A stretch of DNA of 61,524 nt. Origin: Akkermansiaceae bacterium (GTDB lineage Bacteria; Gemmatimonadota; Gemmatimonadetes; Palauibacterales; Palauibacteraceae). The position numbers and the translations under genes were made by a program. The stretch is taken from the NCBI GenBank assembly GCA_964195715.1, contig CAXMRU010000243.1, forward strand, positions 1-61,524. The letters run 5' to 3'. This document shows positions 1 to 8,478 of this stretch, piece after piece; within the stretch, counting starts at the first letter, position 1; every line of letters starts with the position of its first letter. The notes under the pieces are model-generated. The model was not told the DNA's origin. It searched no databases and saw only the letters and a program-made list of their open reading frames with translations.

Positions 1-368
1 TCGGCGAGTCGTTCCGCCGTGGTATTCGGGATCGGGAGAAGCGCCACATCGGACTCCGGAAACACATACCGGCTGGTCGCGTGCCTTGCCTCTACCTCAC
101 CGCCCGTGACCGTCGTCACGTCCAGTTCGGGATTCAGCGTCGGGAGGAGCATCCGATGGTCCAGCTCGGAGAGGAGCGATTCCATGTCGCGCTTGAGAGC
201 GATGAAGTCGTACACCAGTGAATGGTGATCGAGGTCACCGGAGAGCGTTACGCCGACTCTGTAGTTGTGGCCGTGCAGTGATTCGCACGCGCCGTTGCCA
301 TGCGTGATGAAGTGGCCGGCGGCGAAAACCAGCATTTCTTTGCCCACGGTGACTCTGTACTCGGTCAT
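1..368 (-). CDS. queD: 6-pyruvoyl-tetrahydropterin synthase / QueD family protein (3' end runs off the window)
   Basis: Not in the ORF track. Manual translation from the ATG at 368 gives MTEYRVTVGKEMLVFAAGHFITHGNGACESLHGHNYRV...VYDF...LDHRMLLP...NTTAE, containing the HGHNY, DF, LDH and TAE motifs. AGGAG SD upstream. Confidence 0.85.
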   Translation of the reverse strand, partial: MTEYRVTVGKEMLVFAAGHFITHGNGACESLHGHNYRVGVTLSGDLDHHSLVYDFIALKRDMESLLSELDHRMLLPTLNPELDVTTVTGGEVEARHATSRYVFPESDVALLPIPNTTAERLA

Positions 369-596
369 TGCACCCGGCTCTCCTGCTTGGATGACTACCA
401 GACTATTGAGACGGTACACCTGGAACCCGTTCATCGTACACCACGTCGGACCTCGGCGCATCCCGGGTCGAGTCGCCGTGCTCTTGCCGCCGCCGCGCGC
501 CACGGGCCAGCTTGTGAATGCCGCTGAAGCGCGAACCAGGGTTCTTCAGCAGGCTGCCAGGGAGTCTGAGACCGAGGTACAGGGAAGCGAGGTAGC

Positions 597-1163
597 ATGC
601 GCCTCTTCGTGGCCGTGAATTACCCGGCCCGACTGCGCCAGAAGATCGCCCGGCTCTGTCGTCCGCTCGAGGAAGCCGGGATCCCCGGACGGTGGACCGA
701 ACGGGACGAGGTACATCTCACCCTCAAGTTCATCGGAGAGGTGCCCAACTCTGAGGTGGATGCGATCTCCAGCGTCCTCGTTGAGGTGGCGGGCCGGTTC
801 CGTCCGTTCGACATGACGTTCGGTCCGATCGGGGCGTTTCCGTCGCCCCGCAGGCCGAGGGTGGTCTGGCTCGGTGTGGAACCGTCGCCCGCGCTGAGGT
901 TCATCAAGGACGACATCGAGAGGCGGTTCGGGGAGCTGGATATTCCGAGGGAGGAACGTCCGTACCAACCACACGTGACTCTGGGGCGGGTCCCACATGA
1001 GGCCGAAGCCGGCGAATTTCGCCGGCTCGAGGAAATAGCACGGTCGCTCAAGATCACTGACGAGTACAGGGTGACGCATCTCGATCTGATGCAGAGCAAA
1101 CTCGGGCCGGCAGGTGCCGTTCATACGCGCCTGGTGGCTGCCCGTCTGGGGAAAAGGGGTTGA
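597..1163 (+). CDS. thpR: RNA 2',3'-cyclic phosphodiesterase (2H phosphoesterase)
   Basis: MRLFVAV start, two HxT motifs (HLTLKF, HVTLGR), GAFP..PRVVWLG. Confidence 0.93.
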   Translation: MRLFVAVNYPARLRQKIARLCRPLEEAGIPGRWTERDEVHLTLKFIGEVPNSEVDAISSVLVEVAGRFRPFDMTFGPIGAFPSPRRPRVVWLGVEPSPALRFIKDDIERRFGELDIPREERPYQPHVTLGRVPHEAEAGEFRRLEEIARSLKITDEYRVTHLDLMQSKLGPAGAVHTRLVAARLGKRG

Positions 1164-1831
1164 GCGCAAGCCGCGCTCGGGGAGTGGATTTGGTCAAGAA
1201 CTGTCTTTCTCGAATCGGCTGCCTGACGCTGATCCTGGCGGTCGTTGCGGCAGGCTGGTGGTTTCGAGATGATATCGCGGGCTGGTGGAACCGGCTGGAG
1301 ATCACGGCGTCCTCGCAGCCGAGCGAGGATCTGGCCCGCCGGGCTGAAGAAGAGTTGGGTCGCCTGGCGGAAGCCGGTGGTGCGGCCGGCCTGGAGCTGA
1401 GTCAGGCCGAGATCCAGAGCCTGCTGACGTATCGTGCCGAGCTCCTCCTGCCGGCTGGGGTCAGCGACCTCCTCGTGGAACTACGGGACAGCACACTCCT
1501 CGTGTCTGCCCGCGTGGACCCGAGGGAGCTGGATGGCCTGGCATCCCCCGAGTTGGTGGAGCGACTTCTGTCCGATTCCGCGAGAGTCGTGGTGGAGTTG
1601 GCGCCGGGCGTGCTCCAGCCGGGAGTCGCGACCATCGAGGTAGTGACTCTCCAGGCCGGATCCGTAGTGGTTCCGTCGATGATGATACCCTGGATTCTCG
1701 GGAGCCTCGACCTGCCCGGGGTCGAGACTACGGGGAAGCTGCTGCTGGTTCCACTCCCGGCCCGAGTAGAGCGGTTCGAGGTCGAGGGCGGCGAGCTGAT
1801 CGTCGGGATCGACCGGGGCGATGGAGACTGA
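1160..1831 (+). CDS. Hypothetical membrane-anchored protein
   Basis: TTGA overlap with the thpR stop. N-terminal hydrophobic helix (IGCLTLILAVVAAGWWF) followed by a soluble domain. Start uncertain. Confidence 0.7.
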   Translation: MSASRARGVDLVKNCLSRIGCLTLILAVVAAGWWFRDDIAGWWNRLEITASSQPSEDLARRAEEELGRLAEAGGAAGLELSQAEIQSLLTYRAELLLPAGVSDLLVELRDSTLLVSARVDPRELDGLASPELVERLLSDSARVVVELAPGVLQPGVATIEVVTLQAGSVVVPSMMIPWILGSLDLPGVETTGKLLLVPLPARVERFEVEGGELIVGIDRGDGD

Positions 1832-1912
1832 CGCATGCCCTCGCAGGAGCGAGTTGAATGGACGTTGAGCGCGCTTACCAGCTTCCATTGGTATCGTGCG
1901 GTCCCGCGGGCA

Positions 1913-2037
1913 CGGGTCCGGCTCGGGAACGCATGATCGAGCGAAGGGGTAGGTTGCCTGACAGCGGGGTAGCCGCTTGAGCCCCGGCTTCGCAAACAGG
2001 CCGGATCGATCATTGTAACGCCGACCCGAATGGTCGG
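1913..2037 (+). ncRNA. Candidate structured cis-regulatory RNA (unassigned)
   Basis: Nested complementary segments CGGGTC(C)GGC/GCCGACCCG, ATGATCGA/TCGATCAT, GCGAAG/CTTCGC and AGCGG/CCGCT within a 232-nt intergenic gap. No known family recognised. Confidence 0.4.
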
Positions 2038-2063
2038 AATCATCGAGAGAGGCGTACAGAGGC

Positions 2064-2813
2064 ATGAGCAAATCCGTGAAGAAGGCGAAACGCGACCAGG
2101 AAGCCGAAAACGGTTCGGTCGGACGCTGGCTGTGGGAGTGGACCAAGTCCATCGCGGTCGCCTTCCTGCTGTTCATTCTCGTCAGGACTTTCGTGGTCGA
2201 GGCGTTCCAGATCCCGACGGGGTCGATGGAGCAGACGTTGCTCGTGGGTGACTTCCTCCTCGTCAACAAGATGGTTTACGGGGCGGAGCTGCCGGGAACG
2301 GGTGTTCGGCTTCCCGCTATCGACCCCCCTGCCCGGGGAGACATCGTGGTGTTCTCACCGCCCCCAGCGGCGCGGCAGGCGCCAAACACGAATTACGTCA
2401 AGCGGATTGTCGGGCTGCCGGGTGACACGCTGCTGATGGTCGAAGGCGTCTTGTATCGCAACGGAGGACAGGTGGTCGAGCCCTACGCGAGACACACGAG
2501 GCCTTACGAGGATCCGCGGAGTCCCCAGTTCGACTGGCAGCGCACGTATCTGGTCGAAGGCGGAAGACGACTCCAGGAATATCGTCCGACCAGAGACAAC
2601 TGGGGACCGATCACGGTGCCGCCGGAGAGCTTTTTCGTCATGGGGGACAATCGGGACAACTCCGAAGACTCGAGGTACTGGGGATTCGTTCCGGACGAGT
2701 CCATCAAGGGGCGACCCTTGATCATCTACTTCTCGTACGATCGGAACAAGATAGCGCCGTTTCCGTGGCTGACGGAGATTCGATGGAGCCGGCTGTTCAA
2801 CCCCATTGATTGA
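2064..2813 (+). CDS. lepB: Signal peptidase I
   Basis: IPTGSM (catalytic Ser), YVKR (catalytic Lys), GDNRDNSEDSRYWG, N-terminal TM helix. Confidence 0.97.
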   Translation: MSKSVKKAKRDQEAENGSVGRWLWEWTKSIAVAFLLFILVRTFVVEAFQIPTGSMEQTLLVGDFLLVNKMVYGAELPGTGVRLPAIDPPARGDIVVFSPPPAARQAPNTNYVKRIVGLPGDTLLMVEGVLYRNGGQVVEPYARHTRPYEDPRSPQFDWQRTYLVEGGRRLQEYRPTRDNWGPITVPPESFFVMGDNRDNSEDSRYWGFVPDESIKGRPLIIYFSYDRNKIAPFPWLTEIRWSRLFNPID

Positions 2814-2831
2814 CGATCCGGACTGCGTCGC

Positions 2832-3734
2832 GTGGCGATCGCGTCGACGCGGCCACTTCCCGATATCGTCGAAGACGCGAGGAGCATGGCCCGTAACGCG
2901 GACAGCAGCGGCAGTTCCCTGGATCTCTATCTCAAGGAGATCGCCGGGCACCCGATCCTGGAGCGTGAGGACGAGATCCGTCTCGCGCAGGCCATCCGCG
3001 ATGGCGACGAAGAGGCTCTCAACCGCCTGGTCGCCACGAATCTGCGCTTCGTGGTCACGGTCGCCAAGCGCTACCGGAATCATGGCGTCGCATTCGGCGA
3101 TCTCGTGAACGAAGGCAACCTCGGGCTCATGCGTGCGGCCCGGCGGTTCGACGAGACCAAGGGAGTCCGCTTCATCTCGTACGCCGTGTGGTGGATCCGG
3201 CAAGCCATGATGCAGGCGATCGCCGAGCAGTCCAGGATCGTCCGAGTCCCGGTCGGGCGGATGGACCAGGCGAACAAGGTGGTCCGTACCTCCAGGCGGT
3301 TGAGCCAGGAGCTGGGACGCCGTGCGACCGCGGACGAGGTGGGGATGGAACTCGGGCTGTCGGTGGAAGCTGTTCAGCGGGCCCTGGAGATGAAGAGCGG
3401 ATACGTATCCCTGGATGCGCCGGTTCCCGATACGGAAGATACGTCGTTGCTCGAACTGATTCCGGACAGGGAAGGCGAGGAGCCTGATGAGAGGACGCAG
3501 CGGGAGGAACTGCGGGACGTCCTCGAAACCAGCCTGACGCATCTGCCGGAACGTGAGGCGAGCATCCTCAAGCTGTACTTCGGCCTTGACGGCCAGGAGG
3601 CGCATACGCTGGAGGCGATCGGGCGCAAGTTTTCGGTCAGTCGTGAGCGAATCCGGCAGATCAAGGACCGAGCCCTGGTCCGCCTGAGGCTGGGGGCCAC
3701 CGGAAGGGTCCTGGAGTCCTTCCGAGACCGCTGA
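2832..3734 (+). CDS. RNA polymerase sigma-70 factor, RpoD/SigA-like, lacking region 1.1
   Basis: LYLKEI (1.2), NLRFVV, DLVNEGNLGLMRAA, FISYAVWWIRQ (2.4), SRERIRQI (4.2). Confidence 0.93.
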   Translation: MAIASTRPLPDIVEDARSMARNADSSGSSLDLYLKEIAGHPILEREDEIRLAQAIRDGDEEALNRLVATNLRFVVTVAKRYRNHGVAFGDLVNEGNLGLMRAARRFDETKGVRFISYAVWWIRQAMMQAIAEQSRIVRVPVGRMDQANKVVRTSRRLSQELGRRATADEVGMELGLSVEAVQRALEMKSGYVSLDAPVPDTEDTSLLELIPDREGEEPDERTQREELRDVLETSLTHLPEREASILKLYFGLDGQEAHTLEAIGRKFSVSRERIRQIKDRALVRLRLGATGRVLESFRDR

Positions 3735-3754
3735 CAATTCCTCCACCGCGCGCC

Positions 3755-3783
3755 TTGACACCCGCATACACCATCTTTAGCTT
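3755..3783 (+). promoter_or_regulatory. sigma70-type promoter of the rplM operon
   Basis: TTGACA-N17-TAGCTT. Confidence 0.7.
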
Positions 3784-3908
3784 GCCCGGCTGCAAGTGGG
3801 ATGATTCGGCCGCTGCCGCCGCGTGCGGGGCGGCCCGCTTTTTCTCCCCAGTTTCGAGACGAACGAGCGAAGGCGCCTCCGGTGCTGAGCGAGTGGGGCG
3901 ATCCGGGA

Positions 3909-4337
3909 ATGAAGACGTATTCGGTAAAGGCGGGCGAAATACAGCGCGAGTGGTTCGTCGTGGACGCCAGGGATCAGGTCTTGGGGCGTCTCGCCACGCG
4001 CATAGCTTCCGTTCTCAGGGGCAAGCACAAGCCCACGTTCAGCACGCATCTCGATGTCGGCGACTACGTGGTCGTGGTGAACGCGCGAGACGTACGCCTC
4101 ACCGGACGCAAAGCGGAGCAGAAGAAGTACTTCCGTCATAGCGGTTACATGGGCGGCGAGCGTCTGATTCCGTTCCAGACGATGATCTCGAAGCACCCCG
4201 AGCGTGTGATCGAGCGCGCGGTCAAGGGAATGCTCCCGAAGAACACGCTCGGACGACAGATGGCGCAGAAGCTGAAGGTGTATGCGGGAGAAGAGCATCC
4301 GCACGCCGCACAGCGGCCGAAGCCGCTGGATGTGTGA
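3909..4337 (+). CDS. rplM: 50S ribosomal protein uL13
   Basis: MKTYS, WFVVDA, LGRLA, LRGKHKP, GMLPKN. Start moved to the ATG at 3909. Confidence 0.98.
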   Translation: MKTYSVKAGEIQREWFVVDARDQVLGRLATRIASVLRGKHKPTFSTHLDVGDYVVVVNARDVRLTGRKAEQKKYFRHSGYMGGERLIPFQTMISKHPERVIERAVKGMLPKNTLGRQMAQKLKVYAGEEHPHAAQRPKPLDV

Positions 4338-4368
4338 AGGACCCGGCGATCAACGACACGGAGGAAGC

Positions 4369-4764
4369 TTGACGGACAGCACGACATACCAGGCGGTAGG
4401 CCGGCGCAAGGCGGCAGTAGCGCGCGTGTGGCTTCGGCCCGGTGAAGCCTCGTGGAGCATCAACGGTCGGGAGATCGACGACTATTTTCCGCTCGAGCGG
4501 CATAGAGGAGTGGTAGCGAAGCCGTTCGAAGTGACGGGCACTGAGGGCCAATTCGGCGTCCACGCCCGCATCTCGGGCGGAGGACCGTCCGGCCAGGCCG
4601 ATGCGCTTCAGCTGGCCGTGGCCCGTGCCATTCTGTCGTCCGATGAAGACATGCGGCCCACACTCAGGTTGCACGACCTCCTGACGAGAGATCCGAGGGT
4701 TGTCGAGCGTAAGAAGCCTGGCCAGCCGAAGGCCCGCAAGCGTTTCCAGTTCTCCAAGCGGTAG
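4369..4764 (+). CDS. rpsI: 30S ribosomal protein uS9
   Basis: GRRKAAVARV, GGGPSGQA, RDPRVVERKKPG, QFSKR. TTG start after GGAGG. Confidence 0.97.
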   Translation: MTDSTTYQAVGRRKAAVARVWLRPGEASWSINGREIDDYFPLERHRGVVAKPFEVTGTEGQFGVHARISGGGPSGQADALQLAVARAILSSDEDMRPTLRLHDLLTRDPRVVERKKPGQPKARKRFQFSKR

Positions 4765-4809
4765 ACAAGCCGCGGCGAAGCCGAACCCGAGCAGCGAGTT
4801 ATCGATAGC

Positions 4810-5883
4810 ATGTCAGAAGTCGGTCTGAAGGATCTGCTACAGGCAGGAGTACACTTCGGCCACCAGACGCACCGCTGGAATCCGAAGATGCGTAAGTACA
4901 TCTTCGCCGAGCGCGGCGGTATCTACCTGATCGACCTGAAGAAGACCCTCCGGGAGCTGAATCGGGCATGTGATCTCGTGAACGAAGTCGTGCGAGGCGG
5001 AAACAAAGTTCTCTTCGTCTGCACCAAGCCGCAGCTCAAGGGCCCGGTGAGAGCCGAGGCCGAGCGCGCGGGCGCGTTCTACGTGACCGAGCGCTGGCTC
5101 GGCGGCATGCTTACGAACTTCCAGACGATGAAGAAGAACATCCGGCGGCTCAAGGATCTCGAGCGTGGAGCGGAAGAGGGCGCGTTCGAGTTCTACACGA
5201 AGAAGGAGCGCCTGCTCCTCGATCGGGAGCGCGGGAAGCTCGAACGTTACCTGTCCGGCATCAAGGACATGACCCGGCTTCCCGGTCTCGTCTTCGTGGT
5301 CGACGCGAACAAGGAAGACATCGCCGTTCGCGAGGCGAGCCGCCTGGGTATTCCGGTGGTGGCGATAGCTGACACGAACGCCAATCCGGACATGTTGACG
5401 ATCGCGATCGCGGGCAACGACGATGCGATTCGGTCCGTCTCTCTGATCACTGGCGTGATCGTGGACGAGATTCTCATGGCTCGTCGGGAGGCACCGGAGG
5501 CTAGCGCGGCGCAGGACGAAGGCACGGCCTTTACCTATTCCTCGGATGTGGGTGGCGCCGAGGCGGCGGTCTCCAGTAAGCGGAAGCGTCCGAAGCGCCG
5601 GCCGCGGCCCGAGCTCATCAAGCGACGGCTGCATGCGTCAGATCCTGAGGCCGGGTCACCCGAGGCCGAGCTTGCCGAGGCGGCAGAGCTTGTCGAGACG
5701 GCAGAGCTTGTCGAGGCGGTAGAGCTCGTCGAGGCGGTAGAGCTCGTCGAGGAGACGATATCCAGCGACAGCGATTCCGAGCCCGCAGTTGAAGAGGTCG
5801 TCGAGATCGCTGAGGTGGTGGTCACTACCGCGGAAACGGATACGGGCGAAGACGGGGAGAAGAAAGACCCCGGCTCACCCTGA
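4810..5883 (+). CDS. rpsB: 30S ribosomal protein uS2 with a long acidic C-terminal extension
   Basis: AGVHFGH, WNPKM, RWLGGMLTN, DTN, GNDDAIRS. Confidence 0.97.
   Translation: MSEVGLKDLLQAGVHFGHQTHRWNPKMRKYIFAERGGIYLIDLKKTLRELNRACDLVNEVVRGGNKVLFVCTKPQLKGPVRAEAERAGAFYVTERWLGGMLTNFQTMKKNIRRLKDLERGAEEGAFEFYTKKERLLLDRERGKLERYLSGIKDMTRLPGLVFVVDANKEDIAVREASRLGIPVVAIADTNANPDMLTIAIAGNDDAIRSVSLITGVIVDEILMARREAPEASAAQDEGTAFTYSSDVGGAEAAVSSKRKRPKRRPRPELIKRRLHASDPEAGSPEAELAEAAELVETAELVEAVELVEAVELVEETISSDSDSEPAVEEVVEIAEVVVTTAETDTGEDGEKKDPGSP
5665..5754 (+). repeat. Five imperfect tandem 18-bp repeats within rpsB, encoding roughly (A/V)ELVE(A/T)
   Basis: gccgagcttgccgaggcg, gcagagcttgtcgagacg, gcagagcttgtcgaggcg, gtagagctcgtcgaggcg, gtagagctcgtcgaggag. 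Confidence 0.9.
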
Positions 5884-5896
5884 GCGGCGCGAAACG

Positions 5897-5925
5897 GTGG
5901 GCCACTTCGGTGGCCCATTTTTTTT
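5897..5925 (+). terminator. Intrinsic terminator/attenuator between rpsB and tsf
   Basis: TGGGCCAC-TTCG-GTGGCCCA stem followed by T8. Confidence 0.9.
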
Positions 5926-5997
5926 GTGGGGACATAATGACGGGGGCGCGACGAGGCGCTACAGATAGAGAAACGTGCTTGGGAAGGAAATAGAGAA

Positions 5998-6846
5998 ATG
6001 TCAGGAATCACGGCCAAAGCGGTGAAGTCCTTGCGCGACCGAACGGGCGCGGGAATGATGGACTGCAAGCGGGCTCTTCAGGAGTCCGGCGGCGACGAGG
6101 AGCAGGCGATCGACATTCTCCGCCAATGGGGCGCCGCGAAAGCCGCCAAGCGGGCCGAGCGCCAGATGTCCGAGGGCATCGTGGCCATCTCGCAGGGCGA
6201 CTCCGGTGTCGGCATGGTGGCGGTGTCGAGCGAGACGGACTTCGTGGCGCTTAACAAGGATTTTCAAGACTACGCATCGCGGCTGGCCGCCGCCGTCCAG
6301 GCCGCGGACCTCGCCGATGGAGAGATCCTGACCGGTTCCGAGCTGCTGGAACGTGGCGACTTCGTGACGCTGGCCGACGAGCTGTCCTCGCTGCGCACGA
6401 CGATCGGCGAGAACCTCGAGGTACAGAAGGCGGTCCGGATGGCAGCCGACGAGGCGGGGGCGATAGGTTCGTACCTGCACTTCGGAGGTAGGATCGGAGT
6501 GGTGGTGCAGGTGGACGGTCCGGCTGACGCGGTTTCAGGCCTGGGCCGAGATCTGGCCATGCATGTGGCGGCGACGAACCCGACTGGCGTGTCGCCGGAC
6601 GACATTCCGGAAGAGGACAGAGACCGCGAGCGGGCCTTTCTCATAGAGCAGGCCAAGTCCGAAGGAAAACCGGATCATATTGCCGAGAAGATCGTCGAGG
6701 GTCGAATGCGCAAGTACTTTGAAGAGAACTCGCTGCTCAAGCAGGGATTCGTCAAGGACCCTGACACGACCATTGAGAGTCTCGTCGCGAGTCATGGTCC
6801 CGATGTGAGCGTTCGCCGGTTCGTACGCTTCGCGATCGGAGGATAG
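5998..6846 (+). CDS. tsf: Elongation factor Ts
   Basis: [34 protein letters not shown]. Confidence 0.97.
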   Translation: MSGITAKAVKSLRDRTGAGMMDCKRALQESGGDEEQAIDILRQWGAAKAAKRAERQMSEGIVAISQGDSGVGMVAVSSETDFVALNKDFQDYASRLAAAVQAADLADGEILTGSELLERGDFVTLADELSSLRTTIGENLEVQKAVRMAADEAGAIGSYLHFGGRIGVVVQVDGPADAVSGLGRDLAMHVAATNPTGVSPDDIPEEDRDRERAFLIEQAKSEGKPDHIAEKIVEGRMRKYFEENSLLKQGFVKDPDTTIESLVASHGPDVSVRRFVRFAIGG

Positions 6847-6857
6847 GAGAGGAGCGC

Positions 6858-7571
6858 GTGGCCGAATTGAAATACCCCCGGGCCGTGGTCAAGGTCTCGG
6901 GCGAATCGCTCGCGGGCGACCGGGGATTCGGGATCGAGCCGGAGGTCGTTGACCGTCTCGTGCTCGAGGTCGAGGCGGTCCACAAGGCGGGTGTGCGGCT
7001 GGGGATCGTGGTCGGGGGTGGCAACATTGTCCGGGGCGCGGTAGCCAGCCAACAGGGCATGGACCGGGTTTCCGCCGACTACATGGGCATGCTGGCCACG
7101 GTGATCAACGCACTCGCGCTGCAGGACGCCCTGGAGCGCCACGGCGTCGAGTCGCGCGTGATGACGGCGATCCGAATGGAGCAATTGGCCGAGCCCTACA
7201 TCCGCCGGAGAGCCCTCCGGCACTTGGAGAAGAACCGGGTCGTGATCTTCGCCGGTGGGACGGGCAATCCGTACTTTTCGACCGACACCGCAGCCGTTCT
7301 GCGGGCGATCGAGATGGAGGCCGATGTCATCCTGAAGGCCACAAAGGTCGATGGCGTCTACTCTGCCGACCCGGTCAAGGAGCCGGAGGCTGAATTCCTT
7401 CCCGATCTCACCTACCGTGATGTGATCAACAAGGAGCTCGGGGTGATGGATGCCGCGGCCGTGTCCCTGTGCAGGGACAACGACCTGCCCGTCATCGTGC
7501 TCAACATCCGCAGGCCGGGCGCGATCCTCGCCGCCCTCCGTGGTGAGAGGATCGGTACACTCGTAACCTGA
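6858..7571 (+). CDS. pyrH: UMP kinase
   Basis: [34 protein letters not shown]. Confidence 0.97.
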   Translation: MAELKYPRAVVKVSGESLAGDRGFGIEPEVVDRLVLEVEAVHKAGVRLGIVVGGGNIVRGAVASQQGMDRVSADYMGMLATVINALALQDALERHGVESRVMTAIRMEQLAEPYIRRRALRHLEKNRVVIFAGGTGNPYFSTDTAAVLRAIEMEADVILKATKVDGVYSADPVKEPEAEFLPDLTYRDVINKELGVMDAAAVSLCRDNDLPVIVLNIRRPGAILAALRGERIGTLVT

Positions 7572-7588
7572 ATGGGGAGGGAGATGAG

Positions 7589-8146
7589 ATGCTGAGCTCG
7601 ATGCTGAAGGAAGCCTCCCATCAGATGGACCGGAACCTGGAGGCCATTTCACGTGAATTCCAGGGGGTCCGGACAGGGAAGGCGACGCCGGCTCTCCTGG
7701 ATACGGTGCAGGTGGACGCCTACGGCTCCAGGATGCCGCTCAAGCAGACGGCCACGGTGACCGCGCCGGAGCCGCAGATGCTGGTCGTGCAGCCGTGGGA
7801 CACCAACCTGGTCGGGACTGTCGCGAAGGCCATCCAGTCTGCGGATCTGGGCCTCAATCCGTCGGTGGACGGAAACGTGATCCGGGTCAGCATTCCGCTC
7901 CTTACCGAGGAGAGGCGCAAGGAGATGGTGAAGGTGCTCCACCGGATTACTGAGGAGGGCCGGGTTGCCGTGCGCCACGCCCGCCACAAGGCCAAGTCCG
8001 ACATCGAGCGTCAGAAGAAGGATGGCGAGATCGGCGAGGACGAAATGCGCCGCGAGCTGGAAAAGTTGCAGGAGCTGACGGCTGGCCACATCACCAAGCT
8101 GGATGCCATGCTGGAGCGGAAGGAAGCCGAGGTGATGGAGGTATGA
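7589..8146 (+). CDS. frr: Ribosome recycling factor
   Basis: RTGKA, YG..PL, LGLNP, P.LTEERRKE. Confidence 0.97.
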   Translation: MLSSMLKEASHQMDRNLEAISREFQGVRTGKATPALLDTVQVDAYGSRMPLKQTATVTAPEPQMLVVQPWDTNLVGTVAKAIQSADLGLNPSVDGNVIRVSIPLLTEERRKEMVKVLHRITEEGRVAVRHARHKAKSDIERQKKDGEIGEDEMRRELEKLQELTAGHITKLDAMLERKEAEVMEV

Positions 8147-8478
8147 CGGCGATGACCGACGTGGCGGGCGATGCCGGAATGAGCGACTCGAAGGCGATTA
8201 CGCCTAACGTGGGACTACCGGGTCGACTGGACATGCGACGCGCGCTCGACATCTACGTGGCGGGCAGGAATCGGACCTTGAGCCCCGAGGAAAAGGTGAG
8301 CCAGGTCCGGGGCACGGCAGAAACTCCCTTCGCCTCTCCGGTGACGGGCCCGCAGCGGGGGGAGCTGACGGGCGACACGGCGTCCATTTCCGTGCCGCAC
8401 CAGCTCCGATTTGACCGGAACGCGGGAATCTGGCATGGCCGACCCGGAGTTCAGGAGAGTGGAGGACCGCCGGCCTGA
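8143..8478 (+). pseudogene. 111-aa orphan ORF, possibly a decayed uppS remnant
   Basis: ATGA-coupled to frr at the position uppS usually occupies. Only faint similarity by eye to the UppS C-terminal half. Confidence 0.3.

Noticed and set aside
398-430. preQ1-I-like pseudoknot upstream of queD on the minus strand (stem ACGG/CCGT, loop CCAG could pair with downstream CTGG)
   Set aside because: The stem is only 4 bp, the A-rich tail is missing and the ligand-binding C is not correctly placed. An Rfam cmsearch would settle it.
1913-2037. 6S RNA or SRP RNA identity for the structured intergenic RNA
   Set aside because: No SRP GGAA domain IV motif; shorter and more branched than 6S, and not in the usual 6S gene context. 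Kept as unassigned.
5665-5754. Tandem repeat as a CRISPR array
   Set aside because: No spacers, in-frame coding units, and no cas genes.
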